Source: the human T2T-CHM13v2.0 reference genome, Homo sapiens
Strand: one strand, 5' to 3'
Assembly: GCF_009914755.1 (NCBI RefSeq)
Contig: NC_060926.1
DNA: 64,000 nucleotides
The notes under the pieces are model-generated. The model did no database searches, was not told where the DNA came from, and saw only the letters and a program-made list of their open reading frames with translations. Below, in pieces: positions 1 to 20,405 of this stretch (the first letter of the stretch is position 1; the number at the start of each line of letters is the position of its first letter). Made by a program: the position numbers and the translations under genes.

Positions 1-1397
1 TTTTGAAGACCTTGGCTGGGGGGTCTCTCTGATAAATCCAAATTACTATGCTTTTGTTAAAACTTTTACATGCCAAAGCAGGCAAACAACAGATATTTTT
101 TAACATCTACATTTGAAAACCATTCTGGGTATACTTCACTGTAATATACAGCCAGCAAAGCAACCATAACATTTCCTCATTTTCCTGAGTAAATTTAGAA
201 GCAAACATTTTCAGAATATGAAATTAAATAAAAGGTCATAGGACAATGAATAATATGCTGTGTGTGTGGTTAATTATACTTGTTCTAAAAAAAAGTCATC
301 CTAGCCTCTCTATAAAAATTGTGTGTGTAGCTATTTCACTTTGAAATGTCATAGGGTTACTCTGTTTCAAAAAGAAAATGGAAAAGCATAAAGATATTTA
401 TTTAACCCTGAAAGAAAATATTTCTTAAGAGAATGTAATGTTTAATTCCATATTGTTTCCCTTTGTCCTGTGGCTGGTTTATAAATATGGAAGGCACAAT
501 TCTTTGTGCTATTGAAATTAAGGGTTCACGGTATTTTTTGTCTTTTCAGGGAAAAGAATCAAACAATTTAGATACAGAAAAGATATGATTCTTTCAACAG
601 CTACTAAAATCTGACAAGCCATTTTAATCATAAGGTAGATAGCATTATAATTTAATCTTTTCCGTGATGAGATAATCTGTACTTTTAACTTCAAACAAGA
701 TGCTTAATATTTAATACTTCAGATTTCAAAAGTGAAACATGTCTGAAATACTTGAATGAAAGTCACTTGTCTACCTATTTTTTATTTCTGCTGTAATTAA
801 AGCAGGGAACTTAATTGCAAGTGAACTCATTCTAATACTCCAATAAGACAAAATAAGCAAGCCATGTTATTAATAGCGATGACAGAAGTGATCGCTCTGG
901 GCAGTCTGGCAAATACTTACCTGTGACTGGGAGGTTCACCTAAAAAAAGCCACACTGAGGTCACTTTTGCTTTTTGGGGTAATTTCGCCCTACCATGCTC
1001 TGAGAGATCAGAGAAGGATTTTTCCTCTAAACTTTTTCTCTTATTGTCCTAGGATTTACACTCTTGCTTCTTCCAACTGGTGTATTAAAAATTACTAGAC
1101 ACCTACTAAGCGCCAGACACTTTCCTAGCTGTTAGGAATAGAAAGAGAAAGAATATGGTCTGCAGTCCAGGAGCTCAGGCTAGAGCATTCTATGCTATGT
1201 GCTATGCTAGAGGCACGCACAAGGCTCCTGGTCCAGCCCAGCCCTCAGATTCTGCGTCCAGAGCAGATATTCAGTTTCTTCACCTGGAAAATTTCTCTAG
1301 GGTCGACCTAAATTCTAAAATGTATATGATTCTAGTTAGCGGCTCACATTATTTCAAATAAGGTGTTTAATAGCTAAACTGTATGCAGCTATAGTTA

Positions 1398-1698
1398 CTT
1401 TTTTTGTTTTGTTTTTTGTTTGTTTGTTTTTTGGGACAGGCTCTCACCCTGTTGCCCAGGCTGGAGTGCAGGGGCATGATCTCATCTCACTGCAGCCTCC
1501 ACCTCCCGGGTTCAAGAGATTCTCATACCTCAGCCTCAGGCACGCACAACCACCCCCAGCTAATTTTTGTATTTTTAGTAGAGATGGGTTTTCACCATGT
1601 TGCCCAGGCTGGTCTCAAACTCCTGAGCCCAAACGAACTGCCTGCCTCTGCCTCCCAAAGTGCAGGATTACAGGTGTGAGCCACCGCACCTGGCCAGC
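1398..1698 (-). mobile_element. Alu with internal deletion
   Basis: Antisense Alu, T-rich tail, TSD-like atag(t)tactt on both sides. Confidence 0.9.
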
Positions 1699-2382
1699 CA
1701 TAGTACTTCTATAATGTTGATGCCAGAGTCTCTTCTTGGCTCCTCTGAGTGTTTTATGTTATTAACCTACTTAAAATCTCACATTTACATTTTATTTGTT
1801 GGGGGGAGGTGTTGTTGCGGGTAGTTTGAGAGTGTGTTACCCCTTCAATCCACCTTCCTTTGATGGAGAATGATTTTATCTTATTCAAGTTACCCATTTG
1901 CCACAGATTCATAGTCTAAAAAAATTTACTTGTCTTTGATCCTTTTGAAATGAACAAAATGAGTAGGAGACACACTCCTATTTTAGAAAAGAGAGGACTT
2001 AAAGTGGTTCTATCTTGCGATTTATTGGGCGGGTTCTTGCCAGTGAATGAAGCTGATCCCGGCGACAGCTTGGTTTGAATCATCCAAGCTCATGGGGTTT
2101 GCTGATTTGGGAATCACTCTGTTCTCTATAGCTCTTCTGCTGGCCACTTCTGAATAAGTAGAACCATTCTCCAGCTTGAGTGTTATTTTTTTGTTTTGTT
2201 TTGTTTGAAGAGGTTTCAAGAAGACCAAGGCAAAATCAGATGAATTGTAGATCAGTGAATTTCCACTGGGAATTAACAGGGATAAAATCTTTTTCAAACT
2301 ACACAGAGCTCCCCACCCCACCCCTGTCCCCATCCCTATCCATAGCAGCATTCAAGAATCACTGCAATAAAGAGTGAAAATA

Positions 2383-2690
<308 letters not shown>

Positions 2691-3580
2691 GTGAGTGAAA
2701 ATAGGAGTCAGAACCTGGAGCCCAGGGTTCCATCGATGGTTCTGTCACCACCTCTCCGGCTGCTCTGTGATCCTGGTTTACATTCTGGTCATACATGAAT
2801 CTGCTCATCTGCATATTTTGAGTTAAAGTAAATAAAAATTTTAAGTGATTTAAATTCCAAAGAATAAAATATGTAATGAAAAAGCTGTAATAGGAATGAT
2901 ATATTTAGACTGCCTACTAAACTTACCCAAAAAAACAAACAGCAAAGTTGGTTTAATTCCTTTCTTTCACTAAGTCTTGTTCCCCGCTCAAGGAAATAAT
3001 TTATTTAACTATAGCTGGGTTCCAGAAGATCCAGTTTCCAGCGATCCCCATTCATTGAGGTGCAATTTGGATATGTTCTCCAAACTCCTAGGGCAGCTCC
3101 CTTTACCTGGATGCATGGTAGAGAGCTGATAGGGCCCCACAGAGCCAGGCGTTTACAAGTCCACAGAAGGGTAGGTGTGTAGCTGAGAGTCCCTTAGGAA
3201 ATATCTCAAAGATCTTTGGGATTCCTGACCAAAAGCATTTTCTCCTTAGCTTTATCTAGGAAGTCTTATCTTTAGTTGAGACTTTATTCAGACAATGCTT
3301 GTTCTCCAAAGTGTTCTCAAAGACAGCAGCTCTTGTCCGGCCCCTCTTGGGGTCACATGTCTCCTTGGCTAGCCACCCCGCACCATGCCAGTACAAAACA
3401 CTCTCCTGTGACCCACCCAGTTTTCATATTTGATTATCTGGCCTCACAGACTGGCAAAGTTAGTGGTCACACACCTGGAGTGGAATAAGGCAAATTATGA
3501 AGGTACTGTTTATGAATAAACTAATTAAAGTAGCTTGTCTGTGGTCTCCCCATAAATGAGTCGCCAGCTCAGGACTAGAG

Positions 3581-4436
<856 letters not shown>

Positions 4437-5244
4437 GACTAGAGTATCCACATCTTATCCACTGGGGTCTTTTGGGTTCTTGAAGGTGAGTCCAGCTAGT
4501 ATCACACTCCCGGCCTCATTCAATGTCATGTGAGTCATACAATTGGTGAACTTGAAAGGGAACTGAGTTTAGATCAGTCCTTAGTGGCAGTGTCTTCTCA
4601 GAGCCAACCTGGATTTGTGGTATAAATTCTGGTCCACTGTCTGCCACTTAGTATGGACCCAACACAAGTCACAAGTCACTCTGCTCTGGAACTTTATCTC
4701 ACAGGTAAACTCATACTAACCCAAGCTCACAGAGACTGCTGTATAGCCAGAATTCAAATTCATTCCATTTTAACCATAAATGCAACCAGCTAACAGGTGA
4801 GCCTTCACATCAGCAGACCAGAGTCTTTGCTTCCTATAATCAGGCTTCAGCACACAGGGAGCCATGTGGAGCATGAAATCTGAGTAAGGAGAGGTGGGTA
4901 GATGACTTATCCAAAGATACATTTGCCACAGAGACCTGAGAGCTCAAATCCTTAGGCCAAGGCCCCTTCTCTCTTGAACAGTAGTTGGGAGTGTGCTACC
5001 CACTCCTTGCTTCTTAGGTTGAGGTTTTCCAGGCTACAGGCTGACAGCTCTCTGCCTACATCCTCTGTTCATCCAGACTTTCTCCATACAACGGATTAAA
5101 TTAACAAACACATTCTGGTGATTGCCTTCCTGGATTACCCCCAGGTCACTGAAGTTAGGGGTATTCCCAAAGTCTTCAGGTACACACTGGTTATCTCTCA
5201 GTTTACTCCCTCATTGGGTTTAGCCTAATCTCTGTGTGATTCTA

Positions 5245-5310
5245 TGCATGTTCACATGCGTGCACATGTGTGCATGTGTGCACGTGTGTGTGTGTGTGTG
5301 TGTGTGTGTA
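5245..5310. repeat. Alternating purine-pyrimidine tract ending in (TG)n
   Basis: tgcatg...gtgcacgtgtgtgtg... Confidence 0.9.
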
Positions 5311-5746
5311 TGACTGGTTTAACTCTCAGAAGGCAAATTTATTTCCTATTTTCAGGTTTTTTGGAAGATATTTTATTATTACTCCCTTTGCTGCCAACAA
5401 GGTATTTTTGAGCTATTTTGAAAGAAAATCTGTAGTGCAACTGTTTTTTATTATATTTTGAGACTTAGCTACTTGAATTCAAACACATAAGCAGTTTTTC
5501 CTGATTTTCTATTATAATAACTTATGAGACTGAGCTCATGATGACAAATATCTAGTAAAGCCTCTCAGGATAACTCATCTGTTTTCATAACCACTGTTAA
5601 ATAGTCTTATGTAATCAACTCAAAACATCTTTAAGATCTCTTGTTTCCAAAGGAGGTGGATAAAAATATTTTGCTGTTAAGCAAAATAATAACCAGTTGG
5701 ATGCCTCCAACAATCAGCCTCAGATCAGAAAAATCCTTCCCAATTG

Positions 5747-5825
5747 TCTTCCTTTCTTTCCTTTCTTCCCACCTTCCTTCCTTCTTTCCTCTCTCCCTCC
5801 CTCCCTTCCTTCCTCCCTCCTCCCC
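5747..5825. repeat. Polypyrimidine (CCTT/CCCT)n low-complexity tract
   Basis: Nearly pure C/T on the + strand. Confidence 0.85.
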
Positions 5826-5829
5826 AAAC

Positions 5830-6290
5830 ATGTATAGAGCATCTCCCCTGTGTTAGGGATAGTTTTTGGCACTGTAGATATAATAATGAAAATACAGTGT
5901 AATAAAAGAGTCCTGCCCTATCAGGGCTTACATTCTAGTTGACAGGAGATAGATTATTTAAAAAAAATAAATAAATAAGAAAAATATTAGCAATGGGTAA
6001 ATGCTATGCAAAGAATAAAATTGAATGGTGTAATACAGTGATTACTTTGGATGGGATCATCAGTGAAGGCCTTTCTTCAGGATAACACTTTAGCTGAGAC
6101 TTAGGGACAAGAAGGAGCCAATCATGGGAATCTAAGGGTAAAGAACATTACAGCTAGAGCAAGACCCCAGACAAAGACCCAAAAGGAACAACAGGCCTGG
6201 GGAGTGCTGGGAATACAAAGAAAGCTAATGCAGCCAGAGTATGGCTGATGGGCAAGGAGGAGAGTAGCAGTAATAATAAGTTTTCCATCA
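5830..6290 (-). mobile_element. L2 fragment
   Basis: cctgccctatcagggcttacattctag and agtgaaggcctttct...tttagctgagact resemble the antisense L2 3' region. Confidence 0.65.
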
Positions 6291-6305
6291 AGAGCACAGA
6301 AGAAA

Positions 6306-6598
6306 CTGGGCACAGTGGCTCAAACCTGTAATTCCAGCACTTTGGGAGGCTGAGATGGAAGGATCGCTGGAGGCCAGGGGTTTGAGACCAGCCTGGGCAA
6401 TACAGGGAGACCTCGGTATCTACAAAAAAAATTTAAAAATTAGCTGGCACGCACCTGTGGTCCCAGCTACTTAGGAGACAAGAGGATCACTAGAGCCCAG
6501 GCAGTCGAGGCTGCAGTGAACTGTGATCATGCCACTGCACTCTAATCTGGGCAATGGAGCAAGACTCCTATCTCAAAAAAAAAAAAAAAAAAAAAAAG
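6306..6598 (+). mobile_element. AluJ-like element
   Basis: Alu consensus, A-tail, TSD-like agcacag. Confidence 0.9.
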
Positions 6599-6636
6599 CA
6601 CAGGATGTGGAGTGTATCAGTGGCAAATACCTTTGA

Positions 6637-7281
<645 letters not shown>

Positions 7282-7683
7282 TGAGTGATGTTTTATGAAT
7301 TGTTATTAAACTTGATAAACTTACCCTTTTGAAGGCATGGAGGTGTCAGGATTCTGGGTCTCAAAATGTGCCTCCCAGCTTAGTGATGTGGGTATACTAA
7401 GGAAAGCATAAATGAGGCCTCAAAATGTGTGCTGGGCCCAAAGATTGCAAATTCATAAAACTCATTGTTCTCCATTTATTTAAAAGAGAGCTGGCTCTGA
7501 GGAATTGATTTATATTAATCAGAGTTATAATAGACTGATTAATAAAATACAATGCCATTTATTCATTACCTGTGAATGTTGTAACTACCAGGCTGAAATT
7601 CATGTCTGTTGGTCAGCACATGCTCTTCCTGGTAGGAAAAATCTATTTAAGAAACCATATTAAAATCAGAAGGTTAAATGTTA

Positions 7684-8041
<358 letters not shown>

Positions 8042-8258
8042 GAAAGGCTATTTTCATTAAGCATTGGAAGCCTGATACAGCCTTTTTTCACTACAAGGAC
8101 ATACAGTACCAGCTAGGCCGATGACCTGCTATGTGGCTGGACAGGGAAGGCCAATCAATGCTGGAGAAACACTGGAAAATTTCAACTCCCAGCCTCTCCT
8201 TTTCCTAGGTCTAGGCCACTATTTCCCAAAGAGTGGTCTAATGGCCTCCTACAGTTGA

Positions 8259-9139
<881 letters not shown>

Positions 9140-9269
9140 AAAATGCACTTTTCTAGACCCCATCTCACACTTCTAATCAGAAGGTCTGGTCTTGAGCTAA
9201 GATATGAATTTTAACTAGCTTTCTGGAGAAGTGTAATGCACAATAGTGTTTTGAAAACCACTGCTAGCT

Positions 9270-9470
9270 GGTAAGCTGTATAACCATAAGCAAGTTAGCG
9301 TTACTGAACTTCTCTACGTCTCAGTTTCTTTGTCCACAAAATAAGGATAATAGTAGGTTCTATCTTCCAGGGTTATTGGTGGGATCAGATGAGTCAAGAC
9401 ATATAAAGCTCTTAGAACAGTGTCTAGCACCTAGTAAGCCCTCAATGATGGCTATTAGTATTTTCACCAT
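9270..9470 (+). mobile_element. MIR
   Basis: tctcagtttctttgtccacaaaataaggataatagt MIR core. Confidence 0.7.
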
Positions 9471-9480
9471 TAGCATAATC

Positions 9481-9864
<384 letters not shown>

Positions 9865-10044
9865 TGATTACTACATAAAGGGAGACTACACCCTTGACAG
9901 AGTCTTAGTGCCATCTCCCAGATCGGTTTTTATTGACAATATTTCAGGGTTTCTCCCTCTCAAGAATGGAAAAGATAGTATCCTAAGCCATCTCCACATT
10001 ATGAAGCAGGATGGATTTATTTTAGAAAGGTTTCCAGTACAGAC

Positions 10045-10858
<814 letters not shown>

Positions 10859-11304
10859 TTAAAAAATTAAAGTGAATAAAATGTAGAAATAGAGTCCTCT
10901 AAATTGTCTGGGTGGCAGTGATTCTAACTAAATGAGGGAGGATCTTGGAGTTGCCATGCCAGTATATTTGGAAGTAGAGTACCAAAAAACAACTTCAAAA
11001 TTTGCTTTGTAACTTGCCAGAGTTTGTAAGTAGAACTTAGAACACCACCATTTCTGTCAACTGTCTCTTCATCTGAATACTTCAAAGTGGGTTATGAACA
11101 TTAATTAAGCCTCTAAGCATCCCTGTGATGTGGATAATTATACTAGCCATCCCTGCCTTTTGGATGACCACAGGAAAGGAGGAGGAGGTTACCTGAAGTG
11201 AATTCCCCAGGTTAAGCTGATTTGGCAGCAAAACCACCCAGGGAACTTTTTATGGTTGCAATCTAAATAATTCTGCACCTGCTTTCCCCAAACATAAATA
11301 TAAC

Positions 11305-11600
11305 TTTTTTTTTTTTTTTTTTTACAGTCTTGCTCTGTTGCCCAGGCTGGAGTACAGTGGCAGGATCTATGCTCACTGCAACCTACGCCTCCCTGGTCCA
11401 ACAGATTCTCCTGCCTCAGCCTCCTGAGTAGCTGGAATTACAAGCGTGTGCCACCACAGCTGGCTAATTTTTGTATTTTTAGTAGAGACAGTGTTTCGCC
11501 ATGTTGGCCAGGGTGGTCTTGAACTCCTGACCTCAAACAATCCACCCGTCTCGGCCTCCCAAAGTGCTGAGATTACAGGCATGAACCACCGCACCCAGCC
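11305..11600 (-). mobile_element. AluS with long TSD
   Basis: TSD tccccaaacataaa(t/c)ataac at about 11285-11304 and 11601-11620. Confidence 0.92.
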
Positions 11601-12199
11601 TCCCCAAACATAAACATAACATTTTTACATGAGTTGTTGAAAAAGGAATCCAAATTTACCAAATCAGTAATTAAAAGTCTAACCTGGTGAAGAGAAAACG
11701 CAGGTATACCCTGGGATTAGTCAGAGTTTAGCTGCTCAGAGTTCCTTTCTGTCCAGTCTGCTTCCCAGTGGACTTTTGTCCTTCCCTCTTATTTCCATTT
11801 CCCAATAAACTGAGAGCCCACAGTGCTGGCCTGTAGTGTGGGAAACAGCCTGAGTTACTGATGCCAGGCATGGCCTAAACAGTCTCCTGTGGGAGAGCTA
11901 TGCCTACCGGATCCAAAGTGTCTACTTGGCTCCACCCCATTTCACTCGTGTGCCAGTTTCTGCTAAACATAGCCCAGCTCCCAGCTGGCAAGGCTCTGAA
12001 CTATTTTTAGCTGGGTCCAGGGCTCAGGCCAAGAGATCTAGATAGGTAGCTGAGATTCAGCTCTAGTGTTTTAAAAATAATAACCTTTATTGTTTTTCTT
12101 CTCATTATAATTTATGTTTCAGTTTAGACTTTTGGAAATATAGCCGAGAAAAAGGTGTGACCATTTAGAAAACAGCAAAAAGAAGAAAATTAAAATTTT

Positions 12200-14843
<2,644 letters not shown>

Positions 14844-15199
14844 TGAAGTTTGGATTGTGAAAATTGAAGGAGAATCTCAAACTTGAAAAACTAACAAGGA
14901 AAGATATCTTGGAATCATCTTGGACTCATCATTCTCCTTTGTCCCCCTGTGAATCCTGGGCCACCAACTTCTGGCAATCCCAGCTCAAAGGCAACTCTAG
15001 ATGCTTCCTCTTCTTCATTCCCATCACTGTGGAGTAGCCTGGGTCAGCCCATTCCTGCCAAACCTGGTCTGATACCAGGCGAAGAATATACTGTTCTTCG
15101 CTCATTCTGCTGTTTCTCTGATGAAACATTTTGAGAAGGGATTCTTTAGGATTTTCTAAGGCAATGGCTTCCTAAGCAGTCGTGCTGCTTCCACTCATT

Positions 15200-15908
15200 T
15201 CCATCACCTTCTGCTGTCAACCTTCTTGTGGCTCCCAACACACTCCAAATGTAATCCAGTGTCCTTGACACAGCTCGCTCCATCTGGCCCTTCTCTACTT
15301 CTGACCTCTTCTTCTATTCCTCCAACCTTTCTACCTAATTGCTGTTCTTCATCTATGCCAAGCATGTTTCCAGCTGGGGACCTTTACAAGGTGGTTATTT
15401 TTCCTGGAAATAATCACCCCTTCCTGAACCCACTCTCGGATATTTACATGGCCCACATTCTCATTTTTTTGCAGATTGCTGCTTATTTATTTACTTATTT
15501 ATTTATTTTCAGATGGAGTCTTGCTCTGTTGCCCAGGCTGGAGTGCCATGGCTTGATCTGGCTCACTGCAACCTCCACTTCCCAGGTTCCAGCGATTCTC
15601 CTGCCTCCGCCTACCGAGTAGCTGGGACTAAAGGTGCCCACCACCTTACCCCACCAATTTTTGTATTTTTAGTAGAGACAGGGTTTCACCATGTTGGCCA
15701 GGCTGGTCTTGAACTCCTGACCTCAAGTGATCCACCTGCCTTGCCTCCCAAAGTGCTGGGATTACAGGTGTGAGCCACTGTGCCCAGCCAGATTGCTGCT
15801 CATGTGTCACTTCCTCAGAGAGATCTTCCATGACAACCCTGTTTAAAGCAGCATTCTTCTCCATCCCAACCTCTTACCCTGCTTCATTTTTCTTCCTAGC
15901 CTTCAGCA

Positions 15909-15949
<41 letters not shown>

Positions 15950-16200
15950 CCTAGAGACTCTCCTAGAGAACCAATGATTCTGGTTTACCCAGGGGGTTCC
16001 TGGGCAGAATTTGAGTGCTAAAAGCAGGAATGTCCCAGGCAAACTGGAATGGATTGGTCACTTCTCCCCTCCTATCAGAATATAAGTTTTATGAGGGAAA
16101 GAGCTTTATTTCATTCTCCACTTTCTCCCCAGCACATGACACAGTGCCTGGCACAGAGTAGGTGCTCATAAATATTTATTGAACAAATGAATGCATGAAT
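15200..16200 (+). mobile_element. L2 3' end interrupted by an Alu (about 15483-15789,-), (CA)n (15911-15946) and a MER81-like MITE (about 15964-16066)
   Basis: cacagtgcctggcacagagtaggtgctcataaatatttattgaacaaatgaatg L2 terminus; cttcctcagagagatcttcc. Confidence 0.75.
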
Positions 16201-16639
16201 AATTTCTTATTTCAAACAACATCTGGATTAAACTCTCTGACCTAGCATTCCAATTTCTTCTTGACTTCCCCATCTTAATACCCCACCCTATTTCCTACCA
16301 CTTCCTCTGATGCACCCTCTGCTCCAGGGACCCCAGTCTCCTCTCTTTCACAATCCCTTCACATGAAGAGCCCTCCCCTATCTCTTCTAGCTGAATCAGT
16401 CTCTTTCACATCTTTTATTTTTTGAAATCTTTATCAGTGAAAAGGCCTAAGGGATGAATGGGTCCCTATCAGAATTCCCTTGAATATTGTTACAAAATAT
16501 ATCCTCCTCCACTCCCAATGCTGAGAAATAGTTATGATGTTCTTGGGGAAGGAGGAGAAATTAAACACTGATATTTTGAAAAAGTTCCCTAGGTGATTCT
16601 GACAACAAACATGCAGCTACTTCAATCAAAAATCACTTA

Positions 16640-17165
16640 TCTAGTCCATCAATGGATGAATGGAAAAAGAAAATGTGGTATATATTCTGCAAAGGAATAC
16701 TATTCAGCCATAAAAAAGAATGAAATATGGTCATTTGCAGAAACATGGATGAAACTATAGGTCATTATGTTAAGTGAACTAAGTCAGAAGACAGAAAAGA
16801 CAAATATTGAATGTTCTCACTCATACGTGGGAGCTAAAAAAGTTGATCTCAGGGAGGCAGAGAGTAGAATTATGGTAGCTAGAGGCTAGAAAGGGTTGGG
16901 GGGATGGTGTTGAAGAGAAGTTGGTTAATGGGTACAAATGCACAGTTAGAAGGAATAAATTGTAGTGTTCAATAGCATAGTAAATGACTATAGTTAACAA
17001 CAATATACTATACACTTCAAAATAGCTAGAGGAGAAGATTTGAAATGTTCCCAACACAAAGAAATGAAAGGTTTCAGGTGATATATATTCTAAACACCCT
17101 GGCTTGATCATCACACATTGTATTCACGCATCAAAATATCACACATACCCCATAAATATACAAGT
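16640..17165 (+). mobile_element. L1MA/MB-type 3' end
   Basis: gtccatcaatggatgaatgg...aaaatgtggtatata...ttctcactcata...gtgggagctaa. Confidence 0.8.
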
Positions 17166-17362
17166 GTTATGTATCAAGAAAGCCACCAATCCAAATCCCA
17201 TAATATTTCACAACCCAGTTCAAATCCTTTAGTGGCATCACTGCTATTAAGACTTTGCCTGACCTCATTGCCTCCCCCTCTTTGGGATTCTAAAAAGCTT
17301 AGGATCTGAACCACACCTCTTAGCACTGGTCATACAGGTCTGGCATAGAAATGTGGACAAAA

Positions 17363-20300
17363 TTTCTCCAGCTTTGTTTTTTGCTTAGGATTGCTTTAGC
17401 TATTCTTTATAGGTTCCATATAAATTTTAAAATAATTTTTTCTAGTCCTGTGAAGAATATTGTTGGTAGTTTGATAGAAATAGCATTGAATCTGTACATT
17501 GCTTTGGGCAGTATAGCCATTTCAATGATATTGGTTCTTCCTATCCATGAGCATGGGATGTTTTTCCACTTGTTTGTGTCTTCTCTGATTTCTTTGAGCA
17601 GTGTTTTGTAATTCTCATTGTAGAGATCTTTCACCTCCCTGGTTAGCTGCATTCTTAGGTATTTTATTTTTTGTGTGGCAATTGTGAACGGGATTACCTT
17701 TCTGATTTGGCTTTCAGTTTGATTGCCGTTGGTGTATAGGAATGCTAGTAATTTTTGTACGTTGATTTTGTATCCTGCAACTTTGCTGAAGTTGTTTATC
17801 AGCTGAAGGAGCTTTTGGGCTGAGACTATGGGGCTTTGTAGATATAGAATCATGTTGTGTTCAGAGATAGTTTGACTTCCTCTCTTCCTATTTGGATACC
17901 CTTTACTTCTTTCTCTCGCCTGATTGCTCTGGCTAGGACTTCCAATACTATGTTGAATAGAAGTGGTGAGAGAGGCCATCTTTGTCTTGTGCCGGCTTTC
18001 AGGGGGAATGCTTCCAGCTTTTGTCTATTCAGTATAATGTTGGCTGTGGGTTTGTCATAGATGGCTCTTATTATTTTGAGGTATGATGTTCCTTCAATAC
18101 CTAGTTTATCAAGAGTTTTTAACATGAACTGAGGTTAAATTTTATCAAAAGCCTTTTCTACATCTATTGAAAGAATCATCTGGTTTTGTCTTTAGTTTTG
18201 TTTATGTGATGAATCACATTTATAGATTCTTATATGTTGAACCAAACTTGTTTCCTGGAGATGAAGCCTACTTGATCATGGTGGATTAGCTTTTTGATGT
18301 GCTGCTGGATTTGGTTTCAAACTATACTACAAGGCTACAGTGACCAAAAGAGCATGGTACTGGTACAAAAACAGGCACATAGACCAATGGAACAGAATAG
18401 AGGCCAGGTGCAGTGGCTCATGCCTGTAATCCAGTGCTTTGGGAGGCCAAGGCGGATGGATCATGAGGTCAGGAGTTTGAGACTGAGTTTCGAGTTTCAG
18501 CCTGACCAACATGGTGAAACCCCATCTCTACTAAAAATACAAAGAAACATTAGCCTGGCGTGGTGGCACGTGCCTGTAATCTCAGCTACTCAGGAGGCTG
18601 AGGCAGGAGAATCGCTTGAACCCAGGAGGCGGAGGTTGCAGTGAGCAGAGATCGCACCACTGCACTCCGGCCTGGGTGACAGAGGGAGACTCTGTCTCAA
18701 AAAAATAAAAATAAATAAAAATAAATAAATAAATAAATAAAATAATAGAGAGCCCAGAAATAAGGCCACGCATCTACAACCATCTGATCTTTGACAAAGC
18801 TGACAAAAAAACAAGCAATGGGGAAAAGACCTCCTACTCAATAAATGGTGCTGGGATAACTGGCTAGCCATATGCAGAAGACTGAAGCTGGACCTCTTCC
18901 TTACATCATATGCAAAAATCAACTCAAGATAGATTCAAGACTTATATGCAAAACCCCAAACTATAAAAACCCTGGAAGAGAATCTAGGCAATATTATCCT
19001 GGACATAGGAATGGGCGAATATTTCATGACAAAGACACCAAAAGCAATCGCGACAAAAGCAAAAGTCGACAAATGAGAGCTAATTAAACTTAAGAGCTTC
19101 TGCACAGCAAAAGAAACTATCAACAGAGTAAACAGACAACCTGCAGAATGGGAGAAAATATTTGCAAACTATGCATCTGATAAAGGTCTAATATCCAGCA
19201 TCTATAAGGATCTTAAATTTATAAGAGAAAAACAACCCCATTAAAAAGTGTGCAAAGGACATGAACATCTAGACACTTCTCAAAAGAAGACATACATGTG
19301 GCCAAGAAGCATAAGAGAAAAAGCTCAATATCACTGATCATTGGGGAAATGCAAATCAAAACCACAATGAGATACCACCTCATACCCGTCAGAACGGCTA
19401 TTACCAAAAAGTCAAAAAATAACAGATGCTGGTACGGTTGCGCAGAAAAGGGAACCCTTACACACTGTTGGTGGGAGTGTAAATTTATTCAACCATTGTG
19501 GAAAGCACTATGGTGATTCCTCAAAGAGTTAAAAGCAGACTCCAGCAATCCCATTACTGAGTGTATACCCAGAGGAATATAAAGCATTCTACCATAAAGA
19601 CACTTGCATGTGAATGTTTATTGCAGCACTGTTCACAATAGCAAAGACATGGAATCAACCTAAATGCCCATCAATGACAGACTGGATAAAGAAAATGTGG
19701 TACATATACCCCATGGAATATTATGCAGCCATAAAAGAAGAAGATCAAGCCAGGTGTGGTGGTTCACGCCTGTAATCCCAACACTTTGGGAGGCCAAGGC
19801 AAGTGGATCATCTTAAATCAGGAGTTCGAGACCAGCCTGGCCAACATGGCAAAACCTTGTCTCTACTAAAAACACAAAAATTAGCCGGGCGTGGTGGCGG
19901 ATGCCTGTAATCCCAGCTACTCAGGAGGCTGAGGCAGGAGAATCACTTGAACCCAGGAGGTGGGGATCGCAGCGGGCCGAGATCATGGCACTACACTCCA
20001 GCCTAAGCAACAGAAGGAGACTCTGTCTCAAAAACAAACTAACAACTACAACAAAAAAAACAAGATCATGTCTTTTGAGGGAACATGGATGCATGGATGG
20101 AGCTGGAGGCTACCATCCTTAGCAAACTAATTCAGAAACAGAAAACCAAATATCACATGTTCTTACTTATAAGTGGGAGCTAAATGATAAGAACTTACGA
20201 ACACAAAAAAGAAAACAAGCACTAAGGTCTACTTGAGGCGGGAGGGTGGGAGGAGGGAGAGAAGCAGAAAAGAGAATTAGTGGGTACTGAACTTAATACC

Positions 20301-20405
20301 TGGGTGATGTAATATATGTACAACAAACCCTGATGACATGTGTTTATCTATGTAACAAACCCTCACATGTACCACCAAACCGAAAATAAAAATTTTTTAA
20401 AAAGG
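17363..20405. mobile_element. 5'-inverted (twin-primed) L1, older L1PA-type, about 3 kb including two nested Alus (about 18402-18730 and 19749-20060)
   Basis: ORF2 RT segment on the - strand (about 17363-18314; track ORFs 17407..17979 and 17850..18125), then ORF2 C-terminus and 3' UTR on the + strand from about 18315; TSD aatgtggacaaaa at 17350-17362 and 20406-20418. Confidence 0.9.

Noticed and set aside
17407-18125. Reverse-transcriptase-like ORFs
   Set aside because: Frameshifted L1 ORF2 fragments of a truncated element, not a functional RT or a novel system.
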